From IMG/VR virus record IMGVR_UViG_3300018080_008436, positions 124,001 through 188,000 of that record: a stretch of 64,000 bases of DNA. One strand, given 5' to 3'. Within the stretch, counting starts at the first letter, position 1; the number at the start of each line of letters is the position of its first letter. The notes below the pieces were generated by a model. It had not been told where the DNA came from. It ran no database searches and saw only the letters and a program-made list of their open reading frames with translations. Shown in pieces: positions 56,216 to 64,000 of this stretch. The translations under genes and the position numbers were made by a program.

Positions 56216-57580
56216 TTACTCCAGGTCTAGTTCTTCTTCTACTATACCCTCATTTTCAGCGTTCTCAAGAACTTCTTCGCCTTTCTCTTCGCCTTTCTCT
56301 TCGCTTTCTTCAACTAATGTTTTGCAAACAGCAAAATCAGTTGGCTCAGAATAATCCCCAACAGGAGACTCCCAAAGATGTTTCTCTGTGAAGTCCTCTT
56401 CACCATCATTCTCTTCAGTCTTAATAAGCTCATAGATGAGTGGATCGATGAGTTTCAACTTATCCTCATCTTCTTCTTGCTCAACAAGATCTTTCATCTT
56501 CCATAAGACATCTTCGAAGTAACCGTTGGCAAGCACCCAATGAGCAAGCTCACCAAAAGTTTGCATACTGGTATTATAGAACTTCGTTTTAATACCATGC
56601 TCTTTCTTAACCTTATCGTCAATGAACTCAGCACTGATTCCATAATCACCAGTTCTTATATTGAAAAGTTTGTATGACTTAGCGAGAGTAACCAATTTTA
56701 CAACTGGATTCATTGCCGTTTCGTCAAAAACAATTTCGATGATACACTTGCCATAAGGAACAGCAGTTTTGTTCTTCATGAAGGTAATGTGACTCTTCTT
56801 GGCAATAGCCTGTTCAATGCCATCCTTACCAAGAGATTTGATAACACCTCCAGGCCAGACACTCAAACGCATATGAGCGTAGAACGGGAGAGCATTTCCT
56901 CCACAAGTCTTAACTTCTCCACCCTTTCCAGAGTTCTTACAATCTTCTCGAATCTGATTGATAAAAACGCAGGTAGTTTCAGTTCTTGCGCAGTTCATGA
57001 CAAACTTTGGACAGGCTTTTGACATAGCTCTGGCAAGCAAAGCGTAATCTTGATCTTCAACACTACCTTCCATTTGTTTCTTTGGAACGAGGGCCGCTGT
57101 TGAGTCAACAACTACCAATGCAAAAGCTCCACTTGCACAAATGGCATTAACATAGTCAAGAGCTTTTTCTGCTGTTAATGCTTCATTCATAAGATAAAGC
57201 TCATTAACATCTACACCTTGTTTTGCCGCCCAGTTCGGGTCAAATGATTGCTCAACATCAACCAAAATACATTTCAGACCTTCTTTTTGAGCTTCTCCAA
57301 TCAGGTTCAAACTTAGAACTGATTTTCCTGCTGACGGATAACCCCAGATCTCGATAAGTTTACCTCTAGGTGCTCCACCAATATGACTTGCTTCATTTAC
57401 TTGGGGGTAACCAAATGAGATAACTTTTACTTCTCGACTTTCTTCATCTACGTCACCGTATTTGAAGATTTTGGGCTTTCCGTTTTTGTTCCCCACCATC
57501 TTTTCGATGTTGGCAAGAACAGCGATCATAGGATCAGTAGGTTCTTTCTTTTTACGCGCCATTTTATGTGTCTCCCTCAC
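56216..57580 (-). CDS. recA: RecA/UvsX recombinase
   Basis: GGAPRGKLIEIWGYPSAGKS, DVEQSFD, VVDS, FINQIR, GGNALPFY, KNK. Confidence 0.95.
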   Translation of the reverse strand: MRETHKMARKKKEPTDPMIAVLANIEKMVGNKNGKPKIFKYGDVDEESREVKVISFGYPQVNEASHIGGAPRGKLIEIWGYPSAGKSVLSLNLIGEAQKEGLKCILVDVEQSFDPNWAAKQGVDVNELYLMNEALTAEKALDYVNAICASGAFALVVVDSTAALVPKKQMEGSVEDQDYALLARAMSKACPKFVMNCARTETTCVFINQIREDCKNSGKGGEVKTCGGNALPFYAHMRLSVWPGGVIKSLGKDGIEQAIAKKSHITFMKNKTAVPYGKCIIEIVFDETAMNPVVKLVTLAKSYKLFNIRTGDYGISAEFIDDKVKKEHGIKTKFYNTSMQTFGELAHWVLANGYFEDVLWKMKDLVEQEEDEDKLKLIDPLIYELIKTEENDGEEDFTEKHLWESPVGDYSEPTDFAVCKTLVEESEEKGEEKGEEVLENAENEGIVEEELDLE

Positions 57581-57596
57581 GCAATGGTATTTGATT

Positions 57597-57636
57597 AAAA
57601 AAATAGCCTGATCGAGAAGAAATCCCGATCAGGCTA
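57597..57636 (-). terminator. Intrinsic terminator after SSB
   Basis: TAGCCTGATCG-N11-CGATCAGGCTA followed by a T-run. Confidence 0.9.
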
Positions 57637-57648
57637 AAGGTCGATGGA

Positions 57649-58410
57649 CTAGAATCCAGTGCTGTCGTCGTCTCCGAAGAGGTCATCTGCATCATCGACT
57701 GCAACAGTTTCTACTGGGGGTGTTTCTTGCATTGGAGGTGCAGGAGTAGAGGTTTCTGAAGAAACGTTCTTTTCTTCGGACTTAGGCGGAACCTTAGCGT
57801 CCTCAGGAAGCGCATCCCACAATTCAACGATTTTCTCCAATGGAGTGGGAGCGTAGATCTTCTTCAGATCTGCATGGTCTCTTTTGACCATTTCCAACTC
57901 TTGTTGCGTCCATTCAGCCGCGCCTTGAGTGGCAGTAACAGTATACGTTGCCGCACGTTTGTTATTGCCAGGCCAATTTACGGTGATAACAAAATCAGGA
58001 CCTTGCTTCCCAGCAGGGTCAATCTTGTTAATGCGCTTGAAGTTGGCGAATGCTTCGAAAATTGACGAACCCTTCTCAAGGATCTTCAACTTTCCAGTTG
58101 GATGTTCTGCATCCACATCATTTCTGTCAATGACATGGATAGCGAAAGTCTTGCGAGGCCAGAAACCTGCGTTCCAAGCAGGATCTTGATCCTTGTAAGA
58201 AATGTGGGTGATTACTCTGGAGGTGAATGGGGACCACCATCTGTGGAATCTTACGAACTTACCGCAAAGACGAACTCTGTATTCACCCTTTTCGGGGAAC
58301 TTCATCCAGTCTAGTTTGCGTTGTCCTTCGTTGTTTCCCCCGTTACTGTTCTTCTCTTCTGGCCCTTTGAAATCTTCATCCCAATTGCCGTTTTCCGCGA
58401 ATTCACTCAT
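57649..58410 (-). CDS. ssDNA-binding protein (gp32-like)
   Basis: YRVRL, HVIDR, KILE, DP..GPDF, acidic tail ending DDDSTGF; adjacent to recA. Confidence 0.75.
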   Translation of the reverse strand: MSEFAENGNWDEDFKGPEEKNSNGGNNEGQRKLDWMKFPEKGEYRVRLCGKFVRFHRWWSPFTSRVITHISYKDQDPAWNAGFWPRKTFAIHVIDRNDVDAEHPTGKLKILEKGSSIFEAFANFKRINKIDPAGKQGPDFVITVNWPGNNKRAATYTVTATQGAAEWTQQELEMVKRDHADLKKIYAPTPLEKIVELWDALPEDAKVPPKSEEKNVSSETSTPAPPMQETPPVETVAVDDADDLFGDDDSTGF

Positions 58411-58549
58411 TTTTCAGTCTCCTGTTTTTAGTGGTTCTGTTTTGAGCTATTTAGTATAAAGTGAGTAAACCTTTTACTCATATAACTATTATACAAAATA
58501 CTCCACGAAAAAACCTGTAAAAATGATAAAATTATCAATGTTTTTTGCC

Positions 58550-59329
58550 CTAAAATTGAAGCTCGTCGGCTTCAAGTACCTCATCAGTCGTTTCTTTAGT
58601 GTTTACGACTAATGTTCCAATGGAATTGCCCTGTATATTACCCTCTATATCAGGAACTTCTACGCCCAAAGAAGGTCCTGTGAATTCGTATCCTGGCATA
58701 GAAGTTCTGCCAAGTTCATGCATTTTTAGTTCCAGGCTGACAATCGTTATTCTGCGAGATAGGATCTCTTGCAGAGAGTCAAGATTCTTTGCAACATGAG
58801 TGGCCGCTTTCATCAGTCCATCTGTAGCTGTTAAATCAGCATCAAATTGATAGAATCTGAAAATCGCATCTGCCTTTCTAATATCAGCGGACTTTCCACT
58901 CGCAAACTTTCCCCATGAGTCTTGAAGCAGATCCAAATACCTTTTCTTCATAGCATGAGCAGGTAGGATCTCCCTCATGATTTCTGAAACCCTTTCTTTA
59001 ACTGCCTGCACCCTCTGCAATTGTTGATTAATTAATTGCAATGTAGGAGTCGGGATGTTTTCCACTGTTAACGTTGATAACTCTGCCATTGTTGATTGAT
59101 AATCAACCTGGGGCATCAAACGATAATAGTGATGAATCATATCTACCATCCTTAGAAATTCCTGAGGATAATCATCTCCTTGCAACTGAGGTACATCATC
59201 GAATAACTCAGGTGGAGGGCTGACATCTTCAGGATTTCCGCAGATGTTCTCGACCTGTTCTGTAGCAAGGTCGATAGGGAAGAAGTCTTCTTCTTCATGA
59301 AGAATTGCATCAATCTCTTTGTCGTCCAT
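58550..59329 (-). CDS. Hypothetical helical protein (recombination-mediator-like?)
   Basis: Coiled-coil with acidic ends near recA/SSB; function is inference. Confidence 0.55.
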   Translation of the reverse strand: MDDKEIDAILHEEEDFFPIDLATEQVENICGNPEDVSPPPELFDDVPQLQGDDYPQEFLRMVDMIHHYYRLMPQVDYQSTMAELSTLTVENIPTPTLQLINQQLQRVQAVKERVSEIMREILPAHAMKKRYLDLLQDSWGKFASGKSADIRKADAIFRFYQFDADLTATDGLMKAATHVAKNLDSLQEILSRRITIVSLELKMHELGRTSMPGYEFTGPSLGVEVPDIEGNIQGNSIGTLVVNTKETTDEVLEADELQF

Positions 59330-59419
59330 AAATCGGTCTTCAGTTAAGTTCTTATGTTTTTAGTATAGTTCAGGCTTTCAGTACAAACAAGGATTTTATT
59401 GAGATTTTTCGAGAAAACT

Positions 59420-59761
59420 TTATTCAGATATGTAGACAACCTGAAATTCGTTTCCGCCGAGTGTTCTCGTTTCCTCTGGAACATAGCGAAAAGTCAATCT
59501 GCCCTTGTCTGCTCTCTGAATTTCAACAGTCTCAATGTTCTCAACTTGTCCATAAGTGTCAACGGTGGGACTGCCAGCCATGCCATATAAACTAACATAA
59601 GCAGTAACCCCATTGTCACCAACCCTTCTTTCAACTTCTACTTCTGGGTCATCAATATCGTTAGGCTCTGCAACCTGCTCTGTGAATGCTTGTTCAAAGA
59701 GATCCAAGATCTCAGTATCGCCCATCGTACTAATGTCCATCTTTACATTTGGAATATCCAT
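59420..59761 (-). CDS. Hypothetical acidic protein
   Basis: ORF track. Confidence 0.6.
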   Translation of the reverse strand: MDIPNVKMDISTMGDTEILDLFEQAFTEQVAEPNDIDDPEVEVERRVGDNGVTAYVSLYGMAGSPTVDTYGQVENIETVEIQRADKGRLTFRYVPEETRTLGGNEFQVVYISE

Positions 59762-59772
59762 TTTTGTTCTCC

Positions 59773-60423
59773 TTAGTCATCAAATAAGTCATCATCATCA
59801 AAGAAATCTGAGAAGTCATCATTCTCCACAACTGCCTCAGTCTTCTTTTCTTCAACCTTTACAGGCTCAGTCTCAGCAGGAGAGGATTTAGCGACCTCTG
59901 GGGCCGTTTCAGTCTCTTCTGCGACTTCAGGTTCGGCTGGAGGCTCATCGTCCTCAAAAAGGTCTCCTTCAACCTCAAGCTCTCGCTCTTCCATGTCCTC
60001 CAAGGTTTTTCCTGGAGTACCAATCTGTTCTTCATCAACATCCAAAATGTCTTCAGAAGCTTGGTCTTTATTGTCCTTTTGTTCAGCCGCCACTCTGTTA
60101 ATCTTATCCTGAGCCTTGTTGGAAGTAGTCGCAATATTAGGAGTTTGGTGATTATCCAACCATTCAGGAATTGCGTTGATGATTTCCTCTTCAACTTCCT
60201 GAGCGTTTGAAACACCTTTCCCCAACTTCTCTGGAATCGTTCTCATGCTACGGATGATCCCTGTAACAAGATCATTCGTCAGTTCCTCTTCCAGAGCCAC
60301 TCTTTCTTCCTCAGTCTCATAAGAGATTGATTCTTCAGCATATTTTGTGATTTCGATATGCTGATAGTTGCCGACATTGATTCTGACGTTTACACATTCA
60401 GAAATTTTACGTTGCTTTGACAT
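59773..60423 (-). CDS. Hypothetical protein with long acidic tail
   Basis: INVGNYQHIEI; tail FFDDDDLFDD. Confidence 0.65.
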   Translation of the reverse strand: MSKQRKISECVNVRINVGNYQHIEITKYAEESISYETEEERVALEEELTNDLVTGIIRSMRTIPEKLGKGVSNAQEVEEEIINAIPEWLDNHQTPNIATTSNKAQDKINRVAAEQKDNKDQASEDILDVDEEQIGTPGKTLEDMEERELEVEGDLFEDDEPPAEPEVAEETETAPEVAKSSPAETEPVKVEEKKTEAVVENDDFSDFFDDDDLFDD

Positions 60424-60466
60424 TGTAGTTTCTCCTGTTTTAAATAATTGATGTATCTATTATACA

Positions 60467-63397
60467 TTAAATGTCTACACTTCCAAATGAATCAAACAGA
60501 GAACCGCTATATTGATTTCTATGCGCTTCCTGTTTCTTAATTGCCTTTTTCTCCTTTACTACTTTAGCCTTAACCCTCTCATAATTCATCAATAAAGCTT
60601 CTCGGTATTCGCTCATAGGTTGGTTCTGATTCTTCCTCCAAACGTCCATACTCTCTGCATGTACCAAAGAAGTAAAAACCTTCGAAGAGACTCTACTAGT
60701 ATCAACTCTTTTTAGAAAATCCTCAAGATCAGTGTAAGGTTGATTTTTGACAATAGACTGAGAAGCTTTCTCTCCAACACCATCAAGCATAGTTAATGGA
60801 CTCCTGATGAAATCAAACTTCTCCTTCGTTTGATTGTGTACCCCACTCTCAATCCTGAATTTACTCCCACTTCTATTAACACTGGGGTTACCAACCATAA
60901 TCCCCATGGCCTGAGCCTGAGCAATATATGATCTGAGCTTCTTACCTTTATCACTATTATCAATTTCAGACGACAATAACGCAGTCATAAACTCAATGGG
61001 ATAGTAAACCTTCAGATAACAACATTGGTATGCCAGAAATGCATATGCACAACTATGGGACTTGTTGAAACCATATCCACCAAATTTCTCAATATCTGCA
61101 AAAATCTTTCCTGCGATATTGGCGCTAATACCATTCTTCTCACAGCCCTCAATGAACAAACCTCTCTGCTTCTCCAGAAGATCCATCTTCTTCTTACCCA
61201 CAGCCTTTCTCAGAGTATCGGACTGACCCTTAGTAAACCCTGCAAGTTCCTGGGAGATCTTCATAACATTCTCCTGATACACCATAATTGAATAGGTATC
61301 TTTGAGAATTTCCTTCATCTTAGGATGTAGAGGCTTGATTGGTTTTCGACCATGCTTATAGTCTGCATACATTACATGCATTTTCGCACCTAATGGACCA
61401 GGACGGTAAAGAGCGTTGGCAACGATCATATCTTCAAAAGTGTCTACACGAATTGATTGAAGAAGCTTAGTAATCCCATCTGACTCAAACTGGAAAACGC
61501 CTCGATTGTCCATGCCCCTAAGCTTTCCATTCAACAGTGCAAATACCTTTGGATCATTTGGCTCAAGCTTATCAATGTCAATACTAATACCATGACGATC
61601 CTTGATGAATTTTAAAGTGTCTTCAACTACTGTTAAGGTCTTAAGGGCAAGAAGGTCAAACTTAAGTAGTCCTAGATCCTCAACTTCAGGACCGTCCAAC
61701 TGCGAACAGATCTGACCCTTAGAATCACGTAATGGAATATACTTGTCAATCTCTTCCTTGCAAATAACAACACCAGCAGGATGAACTCCTGATGAAGACA
61801 AAACACCTTCAAGATGTTTAACCGCATCTACAAGCTCTGGAAACTTGGAAATTGTATTCCTGAAATCATGGTTCTCTTTCAACTGTGCGTTAATTGAAGT
61901 ATCTACAACCTGACTGACAGGAATCTTCTTTGAGATCATATCGGCCATGTTCAAACTATTTTTGAACCAATCCAACTTCGCATTTGGATTCGCTTTCTCT
62001 TCCTGGAATTTCTTCCAGTCTCTTCCAATGTCCAAAGCTTTTGAACAACGCCTCACAACCTCTTTCGATTGAAGGGAATTGTAGGTTCCAATCTTACAAC
62101 AGTGATCCTGACCATACTTCCTGTAAATATAGTCATAGATCTCATTTCTTCGGTAATAATCAAAATCAACGTCAACATCAGGAGGACTAATACGTTCAGG
62201 ATTTAAAAACCTCTCAAACAGCAAATCATATTTGAGTGGATCAATCTTTGTAATGCCAAGAATATAGAGAACCAAACTTCCAACAGCGCTACCTCGACCA
62301 ATTCCAACTCTAATATCAGAATGCTTTGCAAAATTAATGATATCCCAGAGGATTAAGAAATACTTGACATAACCACAATTTGCAATAACGCCCATCTCAA
62401 ACTTAATTCGTTCTCTGTATTCAGGCTTATTTATAAAACCATACGCCGTCATGCCTTCCTTGACCAAAGTCTTTAGATAGTGAAGCTCATCCCTATACCC
62501 TTCAGGTACTTTGAATTCAGGGAGCAGATCAGGAACAAAAGTCAATAAATCTTCATCAGCAATCTTCTCAGAGATCTCTACGGTATTCTGAAGCATTTCT
62601 GGAGCGCTGGAATACAACTTTAACATCTCATCAAATGATTTAAGATAAAAATCATCACTTCCAAAAGTAAAGCGGTCTGGATTATGGATATTGGCCTTGG
62701 TTTGGACGCAAAGCAATGTGTCATGATGTTTGGCATCTTTTTGAGAAGCATAATGAACGTCATTAGTGCAAATGGGTTTGATGCCCATCTTTTTACTCAA
62801 ACCATAAGTCGCCTTGGCTATTCTTTTTTCAGTTTCGCAGAAGCTCTGCTTCTTCGGGTTAGTGTAGGAGTGAGTCATCACCTCCAGGTAATAATCATCT
62901 CCAAACAGTTCTTTGTAACGACCGACAACATCCTTAACCCTTGAAACATCTTTGTCCTGTATAGCTCTAGAGAGTTCTCCTCCTGGACAACCAGAACTAC
63001 ATATGATGCCCTCACCATACTGAGACAGCAATTCGAAATCAATCCTTGGCTTCCGATACTTCCCTCTGGTCTCAGCCATTGTGCTGAGATGCATGATATT
63101 TCTTAACCCCTGAAGGTCTTTCGCCAGTAACGTTAAATGGTATGTTGGAGATTTAGGGTCTCTCTCCTTCATCTTATCAGTTACATAAACCTCACAACCC
63201 ATTATGGGTTTAATCTCCCCCTTCCTACAAGCTCTCTGGAAATTCAACCATCCTCCACAAGTACCATGATCAGTAATTGCAAGTGATTTAAATCCCTTCA
63301 GTTTTGCCTCGGCAACCATCTCATCTGGAGATGAAAGGCCGTCGAGAATCGAATAATACGTATGATTGTGCAAATGCACAAATTTCTCATCAGTCAT
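60467..63397 (-). CDS. dnaE: DNA Pol III alpha subunit (C-terminal OB region absent)
   Basis: HLHNHT.YS.LDG (PHP), GRGSAVGSL, PDVDVDF, HPAGVVI, KFDLL, GYGFNKSH. Confidence 0.96.
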   Translation of the reverse strand: MTDEKFVHLHNHTYYSILDGLSSPDEMVAEAKLKGFKSLAITDHGTCGGWLNFQRACRKGEIKPIMGCEVYVTDKMKERDPKSPTYHLTLLAKDLQGLRNIMHLSTMAETRGKYRKPRIDFELLSQYGEGIICSSGCPGGELSRAIQDKDVSRVKDVVGRYKELFGDDYYLEVMTHSYTNPKKQSFCETEKRIAKATYGLSKKMGIKPICTNDVHYASQKDAKHHDTLLCVQTKANIHNPDRFTFGSDDFYLKSFDEMLKLYSSAPEMLQNTVEISEKIADEDLLTFVPDLLPEFKVPEGYRDELHYLKTLVKEGMTAYGFINKPEYRERIKFEMGVIANCGYVKYFLILWDIINFAKHSDIRVGIGRGSAVGSLVLYILGITKIDPLKYDLLFERFLNPERISPPDVDVDFDYYRRNEIYDYIYRKYGQDHCCKIGTYNSLQSKEVVRRCSKALDIGRDWKKFQEEKANPNAKLDWFKNSLNMADMISKKIPVSQVVDTSINAQLKENHDFRNTISKFPELVDAVKHLEGVLSSSGVHPAGVVICKEEIDKYIPLRDSKGQICSQLDGPEVEDLGLLKFDLLALKTLTVVEDTLKFIKDRHGISIDIDKLEPNDPKVFALLNGKLRGMDNRGVFQFESDGITKLLQSIRVDTFEDMIVANALYRPGPLGAKMHVMYADYKHGRKPIKPLHPKMKEILKDTYSIMVYQENVMKISQELAGFTKGQSDTLRKAVGKKKMDLLEKQRGLFIEGCEKNGISANIAGKIFADIEKFGGYGFNKSHSCAYAFLAYQCCYLKVYYPIEFMTALLSSEIDNSDKGKKLRSYIAQAQAMGIMVGNPSVNRSGSKFRIESGVHNQTKEKFDFIRSPLTMLDGVGEKASQSIVKNQPYTDLEDFLKRVDTSRVSSKVFTSLVHAESMDVWRKNQNQPMSEYREALLMNYERVKAKVVKEKKAIKKQEAHRNQYSGSLFDSFGSVDI

Positions 63398-63878
63398 CTG
63401 TTCCTCTCATAAAAGCGTCGAAGTTGATTTCTTCGGCTTGCTGAGATCGATACATGTTCATATGTATAAAATCTAAAATCTTGTCAAGAAACTCTTCCCA
63501 GTTCCACCCATTCTCTTCTGGACGAACCCACTCAATAACTGATGCGGAAAAGTTAGCTAACATGCCATTTGCTGAAGTCAACTTGATCAACGTTCCATTC
63601 GTTGAAATTATAATCCTAAAATCCAACCCATTTTTCGAAAGCTCGATCTCGTTATATTCCCCTAAATTCACTACCTCAAAATGATCGATAACCTCTTGGT
63701 CTCTCAAAAGGGTTGCTATGAGAGTTAGTTTTGTGGTAGTATCTGTTAAGAGCCATGCATAATCAGCAGAGACTTTATAGGGGATATCTCCTACAATCTT
63801 AAGAAAGCTCTTGTGTTTTTTTTCAATGGTTTTTGACAACTTTGCTATCAGCTTGTTATCCATTCTTCCTTTCCTCAA
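63390..63878 (-). CDS. Hypothetical protein (likely start 63863)
   Basis: ORF track. Confidence 0.6.
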   Translation of the reverse strand: MRKGRMDNKLIAKLSKTIEKKHKSFLKIVGDIPYKVSADYAWLLTDTTTKLTLIATLLRDQEVIDHFEVVNLGEYNEIELSKNGLDFRIIISTNGTLIKLTSANGMLANFSASVIEWVRPEENGWNWEEFLDKILDFIHMNMYRSQQAEEINFDAFMRGTDD

Positions 63879-64000
63879 TTAATTGGTAAGCAGTCTCCGC
63901 AACTTCATCTGCCGTTTTGTCCGTTGTATCAATTACAACGCACTCTGTATCTCTCAATTCAAGATAAGCAGGTAAGTCCTCCCGATAAATCTTCATGAGT
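63856..64000 (-). CDS. 3' end of a gene entering the window (nucleotide-kinase-like C-terminus)
   Basis: Hand translation LMKIYREDLPAYLELRDTECVVIDTTDKTADEVAETAYQLIEERKNG*. Confidence 0.5.
   Translation of the reverse strand, partial: LMKIYREDLPAYLELRDTECVVIDTTDKTADEVAETAYQLIEERKNG

Noticed and set aside
60467-63397. Intein in dnaE (also considered for recA, dnaX, topA and ligA)
   Set aside because: The conserved motifs are contiguous, with no large insertion or intein termini seen.
1-64000. CRISPR array or tracrRNA for the cas12-cas3 locus
   Set aside because: No regularly spaced 25-40 nt direct repeats were seen by eye, and the DNA upstream of cas12 is fully coding. Any array is probably outside the window.
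1-64000. Stop-codon reassignment, tRNA or rRNA genes
   Set aside because: Conserved genes are intact in code 11 and end in TAA, TAG and TGA. No cloverleaf or rRNA-like sequence was recognised in the short intergenic gaps.

Overview
The window is a dense, almost entirely minus-strand gene cluster that reads as part of a very large (jumbo/huge) phage genome in the standard genetic code. It encodes a bacterial-type replisome and recombination set (dnaE, dnaN, dnaX, holA-like, dnaG, ligA, topA, 5'-3' exonuclease, recA, recJ, sbcCD, ruvB-like, gp32-like SSB). It also carries three sigma factors, nucleotide and NAD+ metabolism genes (pncA, pncB, guaB/C, NDT, CYTH, macrodomain), a metacaspase, a KdsD-like isomerase, a tandem SpoVS and many small hypothetical ORFs. 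Two loci stand out. (1) At the left end, a 1119-aa RuvC type V (Cas12-like) effector with an intact D-E-D triad is translationally coupled (ATGA overlap) to a Cas3 HD-nuclease/helicase gene that the ORF track missed and that runs off the window edge. No CRISPR array is visible in the window. (2) At 15.3-16.3 kb, an RlmN/Cfr-like radical SAM enzyme appears naturally split. Its C-terminal methyl-carrying 'AACGQL' segment is a separate, unannotated 46-aa gene with its own promoter motif, strong RBS and terminator, and the enzyme body lacks the resolving cysteine. I infer a possible peptide-to-nucleic-acid conjugation or RiPP-like system. Three recurrent promoter motif classes are also readable by eye. 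All family assignments come from motif recognition by eye; no database searches were run.
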